Origin: Brevundimonas sp.
Lineage (GTDB): Bacteria > Pseudomonadota > Alphaproteobacteria > Caulobacterales > Caulobacteraceae
NCBI RefSeq assembly: GCF_041648615.1
Contig: NZ_JBAZOS010000012.1
Span: 225 to 64,224 of the forward strand
Direction: 5' to 3'
Length of the DNA stretch: 64,000 bases
Below are positions 8,400-17,895 of the stretch, in pieces. Both the position numbers and the translations under genes were made by a program. The number at the start of each line of letters is the position of its first letter. Within the stretch, counting starts at the first letter, position 1. Below the pieces are notes generated by a model, which was not told where the DNA came from, did no database searches, and saw nothing but the letters and a program-made list of their open reading frames with translations.

Positions 8400-9515
8400 A
8401 TGAAGGCAGGTGCGACGGGACGGTGGACGGCGGCCGCGACGATCGCGGCGGCGGCCCTGACGCTGGCCGCCTGCGGACGCGGCGAACGCGAAGCGGGCGG
8501 GAGCGCGGGCGATGCCGCCGGCTCGGAGACCGCCACCGCCGCGCCCGCCTTCGCCAGTCCGACCCTGGCCGCCATCAAGCGGCGCGGACGGCTGAACTGC
8601 GGCGTGCATGAGGGGCTGGTCGGCTTCGCCTATACGGACAACCGGGGACAGTGGCGGGGCTTCGACGCCGACTTCTGCCGCGCCCTGGCGGCGGCGGTTC
8701 TGGGGGATGCGAACGCCGTGCGCTTCGTGCCGCTCGTCAGCAGCCAGAGGTTCGAGGCGCTGCGCAGCGGACGGGTCGACGTGCTGTGGCGCTCGACCTC
8801 CTGGACCCTGTCGCGGGAAGCCAGGGAGGGCGTCCGTTTCGCCGGGATCAACTATTACGACGGTCAGGGCTTCCTGGTGCGGCGGTCGCTCGACCTGGCC
8901 AGCGCCACCGAGCTGAACGGCGCGCGCATCTGCGTACAGCGAGGCTCGACCTCGGAGCTGAACGTATCCGACTGGTTCCGGTCGCGCGGCCTGGAATATA
9001 CGCCCGTCGTCACCGCCAATGAGGAGGCCGCCCGCGCGGCCTACGGGCGCGAGGACTGCGACGCCTTCAGCGCGGACATTTCGGCGTTGGCGGCGGCGCG
9101 CACCACCCTGTCGAACCCCGAACAGCACGCCATTCTGCCCGACGTCATCTCAAAGGAGCCGCTCGGGCCGGCGGTCAAGCGCGGCGACGAGGCGTGGACC
9201 TCCATCGTGCGCTGGACGCTGAACGCGGTGATCATGGCCGAGGAGGTGGGCGTGACGCAGGACAACGTCGATCAGCAGGCCGAGGATTCGCGCGATCCCC
9301 AGGTCCGGCGCCTGCTGGGCGTCGAGGGCGATTTCGGATCCATGATCGGTCTGCGCAAGGACTGGGCGAAGTCGGCGATCAAAGCCGAGGGAAACTATGG
9401 GGAAATCTTCGCCCGCAATGTCGGGGCGGATTCATCGCTCGACCTGACGCGCGGGCTTAACGCACAATGGAATGCAACGCCGGGCGGCCTGATCTACGCC
9501 CTGCCCATCAGATAA
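8400..9515 (+). CDS. AapJ/BztA-like amino-acid substrate-binding lipoprotein
   Basis: Lipobox LAAC; GRLNCGV, GFDADFCRALAAAV, YYDGQGF, ISKEPLGP, GNYGEIF, GGLIY..P typical of AapJ. Confidence 0.9.
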   Translation: MKAGATGRWTAAATIAAAALTLAACGRGEREAGGSAGDAAGSETATAAPAFASPTLAAIKRRGRLNCGVHEGLVGFAYTDNRGQWRGFDADFCRALAAAVLGDANAVRFVPLVSSQRFEALRSGRVDVLWRSTSWTLSREAREGVRFAGINYYDGQGFLVRRSLDLASATELNGARICVQRGSTSELNVSDWFRSRGLEYTPVVTANEEAARAAYGREDCDAFSADISALAAARTTLSNPEQHAILPDVISKEPLGPAVKRGDEAWTSIVRWTLNAVIMAEEVGVTQDNVDQQAEDSRDPQVRRLLGVEGDFGSMIGLRKDWAKSAIKAEGNYGEIFARNVGADSSLDLTRGLNAQWNATPGGLIYALPIR

Positions 9516-9543
9516 CGACATCGGCCGCGAGCCGGGGGGACGC

Positions 9544-10854
9544 ATGGAAACGACGAAAAAGGGCGGCGTGCCGCTCTATCTGTGGATGCTGCTTGGCTTT
9601 GCGGTCGGCCTGGGCGGCGGGCTGTATGTCAACCAGAACGATCTGGTGGTCTTGCCCTGGGTCATGGAAATCATCCAGGCGGTCGGTCAGATATTCCTTC
9701 GTCTGCTGTTCATGCTGGTCCTCCCGCTGCTGTTCGCGGCTCTGGCGGTCGGGGTGGCCGAGATGGGCGACCTGAAGTCCCTGGGCCGCGTCGGATTCAA
9801 GACGCTTCTGTTCACCGTCCTGGTGTCGGCGATCGCGGTCGGCATCGGCCTGGGCATGGTCAACTATTTCCGCCCCGGCGACGGGGTCGATCCGGTCCTG
9901 GCCCAGCAGCTGCTGGCCCAGGGCGCCGCGGGCGCGTCCGCGATCGTCGGCAATGCGCCGAAGAGCATAGAGGCGGGCCAGTTCTTCCTCGAAATGATCC
10001 CGTCCAACGTCTTCACCGCGGCGGCCGAGAACCAGATTCTGCCGGTGATGATCTTCGCCCTGATGTTCGGCATCGGCATGGTCATGGCCAGGAGCCCCGC
10101 CACCGACGCGCTCCAGAACGCCCTGCAAGGCCTTCTGGAAGTCATGATGAAGCTGATCAATCTGGTCATCAAACTGGCGCCCATCGCCATCGCGGCCCTG
10201 ATGTTCAACCTGTCGGCCGTGTTCGGCTGGGAGCTGCTGGAGCGGCTGGGCGCCTATGTCGGCGTCGCCGTCGGGGCGATGGCGATCCACATGTTCATCG
10301 TCTATCCGCTGCTGGTCTGGATCTTCGGCGGCATGAACCCGCTGAAATTCGCCAACGGGGTGCGCGAGCCGTTCGTGGTGGCCTTCTCGACCGCCTCGTC
10401 CAACGCCACCCTGCCCATCGCCATCAAGGCGGCGGAAGAGAAGCTGAAGCTGCCGCGCCGCATCTCGCGCTTCGTGCTGACCGTCGGGGCCACCGCCAAC
10501 CAGAACGGCACGGCCCTGTTCGAAGGGGTCACGGTGCTGTTCCTGGCCCAGTTCTTCGGGGTCGACCTGAACCTGCAGCAGCAGCTGGTGGTGATGCTGG
10601 TCTGCATCCTCGGCGGCATCGGCACGGCGGGCGTGCCGGCCGGGTCGCTGCCGGTCATCGCCCTGATCCTGACCATGGTCGGGGTGCCGGCCGAGGGCAT
10701 CGGCCTGATCCTGGGCGTCGACCGCTTCCTCGATATGTGCCGGACCACGCTGAACGTCACCGGCGATCTGGTCGCCGCGACCGTGGTGTCGCGAGGAGAA
10801 GAAGACGTGCCCGCCGATGTGGCCGGACCGGAGCCGGTCGCGCCGCCGGCCTGA
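9544..10854 (+). CDS. Dicarboxylate/amino acid:cation symporter (DAACS, GltP-like)
   Basis: Multiple TM helices; FSTASSNATLP, GATANQNG, GVDRFLDMCRTTLNVTGD. Confidence 0.93.
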   Translation: METTKKGGVPLYLWMLLGFAVGLGGGLYVNQNDLVVLPWVMEIIQAVGQIFLRLLFMLVLPLLFAALAVGVAEMGDLKSLGRVGFKTLLFTVLVSAIAVGIGLGMVNYFRPGDGVDPVLAQQLLAQGAAGASAIVGNAPKSIEAGQFFLEMIPSNVFTAAAENQILPVMIFALMFGIGMVMARSPATDALQNALQGLLEVMMKLINLVIKLAPIAIAALMFNLSAVFGWELLERLGAYVGVAVGAMAIHMFIVYPLLVWIFGGMNPLKFANGVREPFVVAFSTASSNATLPIAIKAAEEKLKLPRRISRFVLTVGATANQNGTALFEGVTVLFLAQFFGVDLNLQQQLVVMLVCILGGIGTAGVPAGSLPVIALILTMVGVPAEGIGLILGVDRFLDMCRTTLNVTGDLVAATVVSRGEEDVPADVAGPEPVAPPA

Positions 10855-10863
10855 CTGGTTCTT

Positions 10864-11712
10864 TCAGGGGGCGGTCACCGGGGTGTCGGACCGGCCGCCC
10901 CATTCGGCCCAGCTGCCGTCGTAAAGGCGCGACGGTCGGCCCAGAACGGCCAGGCCGAGGCTGAGGATGGCGGCGGTGACGCCAGAGCCGCATGTGGTGA
11001 TCGCGGGGCGGTCCAGGTCGACGCCCGCGTCCCGGAAGGCCTGTTCCAGCGCCGGACCCTGTTTCATCGTGCCGTCGGCGTTCAGCAGGGCCGGGAAGGG
11101 CAGGTTCAGCGCGCCGGGCATATGACCGGACCGCAAGCCGGCGCGGGGTTCAGGCTCGCGGCCCTGGAAGCGGCCGGCGGAGCGGGCGTCGAGGACCTGA
11201 TCTCCCGCCTCAAGCGCGGCGCGAACCTCGGCGAGGCCGGCGACGACCTGGGCGACGACCCGGGCGTCGAGGCGGGGCGAGAACACGGTCGGGATCGCGG
11301 CGGCGGGCGGCCCGCTCTCGACCGGACGGCCCTCGGCCAGCCATTTCGGCAGGCCGCCGTCCAGCACGCGGACATTGTCCGCCCCCATGACGCGGAACAT
11401 CCACCAGGCGCGGGCGGACGAGCGGATGCCGACCGTGTCGTAGACGACGATGGTGTCCTGATCCGAAATCCCGAGGGCGCCCATGCGCGCGGCGAAGGCG
11501 GGCGCCGCGGGCAGCATGTGGGGCAGGGGGCTGTCCGGATCGGAACTGGCGTCGAGGTCGAAGAAAACCGCGCCCGGAAGGCGGGCCGCCTCGAAATCCG
11601 GCCGTGCGTCGCGTCCGTCCAGATGCCAGCTGGCGTCAAGGATCCGCAGACCGGGATCGCCCAGACGCGGGGCCAGCTCTGCGGTGGTAATCAGGGGCGA
11701 AAGAGCGGTCAT
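10864..11712 (-). CDS. sseA: 3-mercaptopyruvate sulfurtransferase
   Basis: Two rhodanese domains; LPHMLP, LDGGL, GHMPGA, active-site CGSGVTA, YDGSWAEWG. Confidence 0.93.
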   Translation of the reverse strand: MTALSPLITTAELAPRLGDPGLRILDASWHLDGRDARPDFEAARLPGAVFFDLDASSDPDSPLPHMLPAAPAFAARMGALGISDQDTIVVYDTVGIRSSARAWWMFRVMGADNVRVLDGGLPKWLAEGRPVESGPPAAAIPTVFSPRLDARVVAQVVAGLAEVRAALEAGDQVLDARSAGRFQGREPEPRAGLRSGHMPGALNLPFPALLNADGTMKQGPALEQAFRDAGVDLDRPAITTCGSGVTAAILSLGLAVLGRPSRLYDGSWAEWGGRSDTPVTAP

Positions 11713-11731
11713 GTCAGAGTCCGGCGCGCGA

Positions 11732-12952
11732 TCAGCCGCGCGCGAGGACCAGCTGTATCACGTCGGTCCGGGCCGACCGGAAACCGGCCTCGCAATAGGC
11801 CAGATAGAAGCGCCACAGCCGCCGGAACCGCTCGTCGAAGCCGCCCATGCGGCGGATGTCGCCCCAGGCCGTCTGGAACCGTTCGTCCCAGAGTTTGAGG
11901 GTGTCGGCATAGTCCTGGCCGAAACGCTCCACGTTTCGCCAGTCCAGCCCGGCGCGGTCGATGACGGGCTTCAGCGCCTCTTCGGAGGGCAGCATGCCGC
12001 CCGGGAAGATGTATTTCTGAATGAAGTCGGTGCGCTTGTTGTAGCCGCTGAACAGGGCGTCATCGATGGTGATGATCTGAAGGCCGGCCTTGCCGCCGGG
12101 CTCGAGCACGTCGTGGATCTTGCCGAAATAGGCCGGCCAGTATTCCTGGCCCACCGCCTCGAACATCTCGATCGAGGCGACCCGGTCGAACCGGCCCTGG
12201 ACGTCGCGATAGTCGATCAGCTGGATGTCGACCCGTTCGGTCAGGCCGGCGTTGAACATGCGCTGGCGGGCGAAGTCGAACTGCTCCTGCGAGATGGTGA
12301 CGCCGGTCACCCGGGCGCCGATATCCTTCGCCGCGAACTCGGCGAAACCGCCCCAGCCGCAACCGATCTCCAGCACCGACTGACCGGACTGAAGGTCCAT
12401 CAGTCGGGCGAGGGAAGCGTATTTCTCGCGCTGGGCGGCGTCCAGCGCCATGCCCGGCCGGGTGAACCGCGCCGACGAATAGGTCATCGAGGCGTCCAGC
12501 CAGGAGCCGTAGAAGGCGTTGCCCAGATCGTAGTGGGCGTGGATGTTCTTCCTCGACCCGGAGCGGCTGTTGCGGCGGCGCTTGTGCGACAGCCAGTTGA
12601 CCGCGCGCATCAGCGGATTGCCGTCGGCCAGCCGCTGGATGTGGTCATAGTTGTGGGCGAAGGACTCCAGCAGGGCCGCCAGCTGCGGGCTTTCCCATTC
12701 GCCGGCCATATAGCCCTCGGCGAACCCGATATCGCCGGAGGCGAGCACGCGGCGGGCGAAGCGGTAATCCTTGATGTCGAAGACCGCGGTCGGGCCGGGG
12801 CGGGGGCCGTCCAGCTGATGAATTTCACCGTTGGGCAGAAGGACGGTCAGCCGGCCGAAGGTCCAGTTCGAGGCCAGCAGGCGAAGCAGGAGGGCGAACC
12901 CGCGCGGGGTGCGGGCGGCGGTCTGGATGCGCTCGGCGGTGACCGACGTCAT
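11732..12952 (-). CDS. cfa: Cyclopropane-fatty-acyl-phospholipid synthase family methyltransferase
   Basis: HYDLGN, MTYSSA, LEIGCGWG SAM motif, SIEMFEAVG, YIFPGG, YCEAGF. Confidence 0.92.
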   Translation of the reverse strand: MTSVTAERIQTAARTPRGFALLLRLLASNWTFGRLTVLLPNGEIHQLDGPRPGPTAVFDIKDYRFARRVLASGDIGFAEGYMAGEWESPQLAALLESFAHNYDHIQRLADGNPLMRAVNWLSHKRRRNSRSGSRKNIHAHYDLGNAFYGSWLDASMTYSSARFTRPGMALDAAQREKYASLARLMDLQSGQSVLEIGCGWGGFAEFAAKDIGARVTGVTISQEQFDFARQRMFNAGLTERVDIQLIDYRDVQGRFDRVASIEMFEAVGQEYWPAYFGKIHDVLEPGGKAGLQIITIDDALFSGYNKRTDFIQKYIFPGGMLPSEEALKPVIDRAGLDWRNVERFGQDYADTLKLWDERFQTAWGDIRRMGGFDERFRRLWRFYLAYCEAGFRSARTDVIQLVLARG

Positions 12953-12985
12953 GGGCGTGACTGTCCGACGGAGGACGGACGGGCG

Positions 12986-14449
12986 TCAATCCCCCTCGAC
13001 GTCCCGGCCGGCGACAACGTGTTTGAGGGCGTCGAGCGCGCGGGCGCGAGCCTCTGCGTGGTCGACGAGGGGGCGGGGATAGTCGCGGCCGAGGCGCAGG
13101 CCGGCCGAGGCGAGGACCTCGGGCGGCGCGGTCCAGGGTGCATGGAGCCAGCGATCCGGCAGGCGGCCGAGTTCTGGAACCCAGCGGCGAACGTAACGGC
13201 CGTCTGCATCGAATTTCTGCCCCTGTATGACCGGATTGAAGATTCGGAAGTACGGTGAAGCATCGGCTCCGGATCCAGCGACCCACTGCCAATTCTGAAC
13301 ATTGGAGGCGAGGTCGGCGTCCACAAGGGTGTCGTGGAACCAGCGTTCGCCCTCGCGCCAGTCGATCAGCAGGTGTTTGATCAGGAAGGAGGCGACGATC
13401 ATCCGCACCCGGTTGTGCATGAAACCGGTCGTCCAGAGCTCGCGCATGCCGGCGTCCACGACCGGATAGCCGGTGCGGCCGCGTTTCCAGGCCGAGAGGC
13501 CGGCGGGGTCCTCGCGCCAGGGCATGGCGTCATATTCGGGGCGGAAGGCCGCAGCCGTCATCTGCGGGAAGGCGTGCAGCAGGTGGGCGGAGAAGTCGCG
13601 CCAGCCGATTTCGGCGACGAACTTTTCCGCCTCTGCGGCGGGAACGCGGCCTTCGGCGACGGCGTCGCGGGCGGCGTGGAGGGCGCGCCAGGGGCTGATC
13701 TCGCCGAAATGCAGGTGGGGGGAGAGGCGGCTGGTGGCGGGCTCGGCGGGCCGGTCGCGGCCGACGGAGTAGGACTTCAGGCCCCTGGCGACGAAGGTCG
13801 ACAGGGCGGCGTCGGCGCCGGCCTCGCCAGGCGTCCAGTCGAAGCCGCCGGACCAATCGGGCCGGGTCGGATGCAGGGCCCAGGCCTCGATGGCGTCGGA
13901 GGCCAGGCCGGCCGGCGTCGACAGGGCTTGCGGGCCGGCGGTGGGCGGCGGGGCCTCGGCCGCAGCGAGCAGGGCCTTCAGGAAGGGAGTGAAGACCTTG
14001 TAGGGCTGGCCCGCGCCGTTCAGGACGCCGCCGGGCGCGCGCAGCAGGGCGGCGTTCCAGCCCTTGCAGTCGACGCCTTCGGTCTGAAGGCCGTGGGCGA
14101 TGTCGGCGTCGCGGGCGAAGGCGTCGGGCTCGAACAGCCGGTTCATGAACACGGCGCCGGCGCCGGTGTCCTCGATCAGGCGCCGCAGTTCGGCTTCGCT
14201 GTCGCCGCGGCGGAGGATCAGGCGCGAGCCGCGCTCCCGCAGCGACGCGTCGAGGGCGCGCAGCGACTTGTCGAGCCACCACAGGGACGCGGCGCCCATC
14301 GGCCGGACCGTGGAGCCCGGGTCGAGGATGTAGACGGGGATGACCGGTCGTCCGGTCGCGGCGGCATGGGTCAGGGCCGGATTGTCGGCCAGCCGCAGGT
14401 CCTGGCGGAACCACAGGATGACGGGTCGGTCTTCGGCCTCGGTGGTCAT
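12986..14449 (-). CDS. phr: Deoxyribodipyrimidine photolyase
   Basis: WFRQDLRLADNPAL, TSRLSPHLHFGEIS, GRTGYPVVDAGMREL, MHNRVRM, WQWVAG..D..PYFRIFNP. Confidence 0.95.
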   Translation of the reverse strand: MTTEAEDRPVILWFRQDLRLADNPALTHAAATGRPVIPVYILDPGSTVRPMGAASLWWLDKSLRALDASLRERGSRLILRRGDSEAELRRLIEDTGAGAVFMNRLFEPDAFARDADIAHGLQTEGVDCKGWNAALLRAPGGVLNGAGQPYKVFTPFLKALLAAAEAPPPTAGPQALSTPAGLASDAIEAWALHPTRPDWSGGFDWTPGEAGADAALSTFVARGLKSYSVGRDRPAEPATSRLSPHLHFGEISPWRALHAARDAVAEGRVPAAEAEKFVAEIGWRDFSAHLLHAFPQMTAAAFRPEYDAMPWREDPAGLSAWKRGRTGYPVVDAGMRELWTTGFMHNRVRMIVASFLIKHLLIDWREGERWFHDTLVDADLASNVQNWQWVAGSGADASPYFRIFNPVIQGQKFDADGRYVRRWVPELGRLPDRWLHAPWTAPPEVLASAGLRLGRDYPRPLVDHAEARARALDALKHVVAGRDVEGD

Positions 14450-14560
14450 GCGTGCGGGCTCCGTGATAGCTTGCGAACCTCAACGTCCGACGCCACCTGA
14501 TCGCCGCATGAGTGCGGCATCGACCGCGCGTCGCCAAGCCGCAAATCCGGGAAGCCTGTC

Positions 14561-15424
14561 TTGTCCAAGCCCAACGCCGTCATCGACATCACGCAAGGCC
14601 TGAAGCGCCCCGTCAGCATCGGCGGCGGTCAGCGGATCGTCTTCATCGCCGGGCCGTGCCAGCTGGAGAGCCGCCAGCACGCGCTGGAAATGGCCCATGC
14701 GCTGAAGGAGATCGGCGAGCGGCTGAACGTCGGCGTCATCTACAAGACCAGTTTCGACAAGGCGAACCGGACCTCGGCCAGCGCCGCGCGCGGCTTCGGC
14801 CTGGAGGGCTCGCTGCCGATCTTCGCCGAGATCCGCGAGGTCACGGGCCTGCCGGTGCTGACCGACGTGCACACGGAAGAGCATTGCCGCATCGCCGCCC
14901 AGGCCGTGGACGTGCTGCAGATCCCGGCCTTCCTCTGCCGCCAGACCGACCTGCTGCTGGCCGCCGCGGTGACGGGCAAGGTCATCAATATCAAGAAGGG
15001 CCAGTTCCTCGCGCCCTGGGACATGAAGAACGTCATCGCCAAGGTCGTCGGCGCGGGCAATCCCAACGTCATGGCCTGCGAGCGGGGCGCCAGCTTCGGC
15101 TACAACACCCTGGTCTCGGACATGAGGTCGCTGCCGATCCTGCGCGAGATCGGCTGTCCGGTGGTGTTCGACGCGACGCACAGCGTGCAGCAGCCGGGCG
15201 GGCAGGGGACGTCGTCGGGCGGGCAGCGCGAGTTCGTGCCGGTGCTGGCGCGGGCCGCCGTGGCCGTGGGCGTCGATGCGGTGTTCATGGAGACGCACCA
15301 GGACCCCAACAATGCGCCGTCGGACGGGCCCAACATGGTGCCTCTGGACCAGTTCGAGGCCCTCGCCGCCGACCTGATCGCCTATGACGACCTGACCAAG
15401 GCGCGGATGGCGAAAGCCGCCTGA
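14561..15424 (+). CDS. kdsA: KDO8P synthase
   Basis: [40 protein letters not shown]. Confidence 0.96.
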   Translation: MSKPNAVIDITQGLKRPVSIGGGQRIVFIAGPCQLESRQHALEMAHALKEIGERLNVGVIYKTSFDKANRTSASAARGFGLEGSLPIFAEIREVTGLPVLTDVHTEEHCRIAAQAVDVLQIPAFLCRQTDLLLAAAVTGKVINIKKGQFLAPWDMKNVIAKVVGAGNPNVMACERGASFGYNTLVSDMRSLPILREIGCPVVFDATHSVQQPGGQGTSSGGQREFVPVLARAAVAVGVDAVFMETHQDPNNAPSDGPNMVPLDQFEALAADLIAYDDLTKARMAKAA

Positions 15425-15442
15425 ATCCGATAGGCCAGACTC

Positions 15443-16897
15443 ATGGCTGGACGGACGCTCGATCTCGGGGAACTGCAGGCGCTGCTCGAGCGGGTGCGCG
15501 GGCTGAAGATCGCCTGCGTCGGCGACCTGATGCTGGACCGCTATGTCTATGGCGAGGTCAGCCGGATTTCGCCCGAGGCGCCGATTCCGGTGCTGCGCAT
15601 GGGCCGGACCGTCGCCATGCCGGGCGGCGTCGGCAATGTGGCCCGTAATGTCGCCGCCCTCGGGGGCGTGGCGCGGCTGGGCGCTGTGGCGGGACAGGAC
15701 CCGGCCGGCGACGAGCTGGCCGCGCTGATTGCGGCGGAACCCGGCATCGAGGACGCGGTCGAGCGGCGCGCCGGCGTGGCCACCATCGTCAAGACGCGCT
15801 TCGTCGCGGCCGGCCAGCAGCTGCTGCGGCTCGACGAGGAGGCTTCGGCCTTGATGGGAGATGAAAGCGACGCCTTTACGGGTGCTTCCGTCTATCTGCT
15901 GTCGGATTACTCCAAGGGCGTGATCAGCGATCTGGTGATCGCCCAGGCCCTGTCCGCGGCGCAGAAGAGCGGCGCGCCGGTGGTCGTCGATCCCAAGGGC
16001 CGCGACTTCGCCCGCTACGGCGCGGTCGATCTGATCAAGCCGAACGCCAGCGAACTGGCCGCGGCCACGGGCCTGCCGGTCGAGACCGACGCCGAGGTCG
16101 AGGCGGCGCTGAAGGCTCTGTTGCACGCCACCACGGCCCGGGCGGTGGTGGTCACCCGGGCCGGCAAGGGCATGAGCCTGATGCGGCGCGGCGAGGCGGC
16201 GAAACATTTCCCCGGCCGGGCGCGCGAGGTGTTCGACGTCTCCGGCGCCGGCGACACCGGACTGGCGGCGCTGGGGCTGGCGCTGGGCGCGGGGGCGTCG
16301 CTGGAGACGGCGGTGGAGTTCGCCATCCTCGCCTCGGGCGTGGTGGTCGGCAAGGCGGGGACGGCGGTGGTCACCCCGGCCGAGCTGATCGACGCCGAGA
16401 TGAGCCAGCACGCCGCCGGGGCCCACGCCAAGGTCATGCCGCTGGAGGAGCTGGCGCATGTCGTCGAGGGCTGGAAGCGGCAGGGGCTGAAGGTCGGCTT
16501 CACCAACGGCTGTTTCGACATCCTGCATCGCGGCCATGTCGCCTATCTGGCCCAGGCGCGGAGCTGGTGCGACCGGCTGGTGGTGGCGCTGAACACCGAC
16601 GCTTCCGTGCGGCGGCTGAAGGGCGAGGGGCGGCCGATCAACGATCTGGACAGCCGGGCCGTGGTCATCGGCGGGCTGCAGTCGGTGGACCGGGTGACGG
16701 CCTTCGACGAGCCGACGCCGCTGGCCCTGATCGAACGGCTGCGGCCGGACGTGCTGATCAAGGGCGCGGACTACACCCGCGAGGGCGTGGTCGGGGGCGA
16801 TCTGGTCGAGAGCTGGGGCGGCGAGGTCCGGCTGGCCACGTTCGAGGACGGCTATTCGACGACGAAGACGGTCGAGAAGATGAAGGGCGAACGATGA
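15443..16897 (+). CDS. hldE: Bifunctional heptose 7-phosphate kinase / heptose 1-phosphate adenylyltransferase
   Basis: RISPEAP, SDYSKG, DVSGAGD (PfkB) plus C-terminal TNGCFDILHRGH, KGADY. Confidence 0.95.
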   Translation: MAGRTLDLGELQALLERVRGLKIACVGDLMLDRYVYGEVSRISPEAPIPVLRMGRTVAMPGGVGNVARNVAALGGVARLGAVAGQDPAGDELAALIAAEPGIEDAVERRAGVATIVKTRFVAAGQQLLRLDEEASALMGDESDAFTGASVYLLSDYSKGVISDLVIAQALSAAQKSGAPVVVDPKGRDFARYGAVDLIKPNASELAAATGLPVETDAEVEAALKALLHATTARAVVVTRAGKGMSLMRRGEAAKHFPGRAREVFDVSGAGDTGLAALGLALGAGASLETAVEFAILASGVVVGKAGTAVVTPAELIDAEMSQHAAGAHAKVMPLEELAHVVEGWKRQGLKVGFTNGCFDILHRGHVAYLAQARSWCDRLVVALNTDASVRRLKGEGRPINDLDSRAVVIGGLQSVDRVTAFDEPTPLALIERLRPDVLIKGADYTREGVVGGDLVESWGGEVRLATFEDGYSTTKTVEKMKGER

Positions 16898-17895
16898 TCC
16901 GGCGCATGATCGTGGTGACGGGCGGGGCCGGCTTCATCGGCTCGAACATCGTCGCGCGCCTGTGCGCCGAGGGCCGGCGCGACGTCGTCGTGGTCGACCG
17001 GCTGGAGACGGCCGATCTGGGCAAGTGGAAGAACCTGGCCAAACACGCCATCGCCGACTTCTGGTCGCCCGAGGAGATGTTCGACCAGCTGGAGCGGAAC
17101 GCCGAGCGGATCGAGGCCGTGGTCCATATGGGCGCCATCTCATCGACGACAGAGCCGGACGCGGACCTGATCCTGCACACCAATTTCAGCCTGTCGCGGG
17201 ATCTGTGGGCCTGGTGCGCCCTGCGCGACGCGCGGCTGATCTACGCCTCGTCGGCGGCGACCTACGGCGACGGCGGTCTGGGGTTCGAGGATCAGGACGA
17301 TCTTCGCTCCCTGTCTGCGCTGAGGCCGCTAAATGCCTATGGCTATTCGAAATATCTGTTCGATCAATACGCCGCGCGGCAGGCTCAGATGCGGACGGCG
17401 CCGACACAGTGGGCGGGGCTGAAATTCTTCAACGTCTATGGGCCGAACGAATACCACAAGGGCGGGATGAAGTCGGTCGTGGCCCAGATCTGGCCCGAGG
17501 TTCAGGCCGATCTGCCGGTGGTGTTGTTCCGCTCGCACAATCCCGCCTACGCCGACGGCGGCCAGATGCGCGACTTCGTCTTCGTCGATGATGTGGTCGA
17601 CATGGTCGAGTGGCTGCTGGAGACGCCCGAGGTTTCGGGCGTGTTCAACGCGGGCTCGGGCCGGGCGCGGTCGTTCCTCGATCTGGCCCACGCGACCTTC
17701 GCGGCGGCGGGCAAGACGCCCCGGATCGAATACATCGACACGCCCGAGAGCATTCGCGACAAATACCAGTATTTCACCGAGGCCCGGATGGAACGCGTGC
17801 GCGCCGCCGGCTTCGGCGGGCAGGCGACGCCGCTGGAAGAGGGCGTGCGCCGCTATGTGCAGGACTTCCTGGCCACGGTGGACCCGTATCGATGA
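16894..17895 (+). CDS. hldD: ADP-L-glycero-D-manno-heptose 6-epimerase
   Basis: VTGGAGFIGSN, YASSAATYG, YGYSK, FNVYGPNE, YQYFT; ATGA overlap with hldE. Confidence 0.95.
   Translation: MIRRMIVVTGGAGFIGSNIVARLCAEGRRDVVVVDRLETADLGKWKNLAKHAIADFWSPEEMFDQLERNAERIEAVVHMGAISSTTEPDADLILHTNFSLSRDLWAWCALRDARLIYASSAATYGDGGLGFEDQDDLRSLSALRPLNAYGYSKYLFDQYAARQAQMRTAPTQWAGLKFFNVYGPNEYHKGGMKSVVAQIWPEVQADLPVVLFRSHNPAYADGGQMRDFVFVDDVVDMVEWLLETPEVSGVFNAGSGRARSFLDLAHATFAAAGKTPRIEYIDTPESIRDKYQYFTEARMERVRAAGFGGQATPLEEGVRRYVQDFLATVDPYR

Noticed and set aside
11732-14449. Photolyase-cfa pairing as a novel system
   Set aside because: Already known from singlet-oxygen/RpoE-ChrR regulons; no convincing TGATCC-type promoter seen upstream
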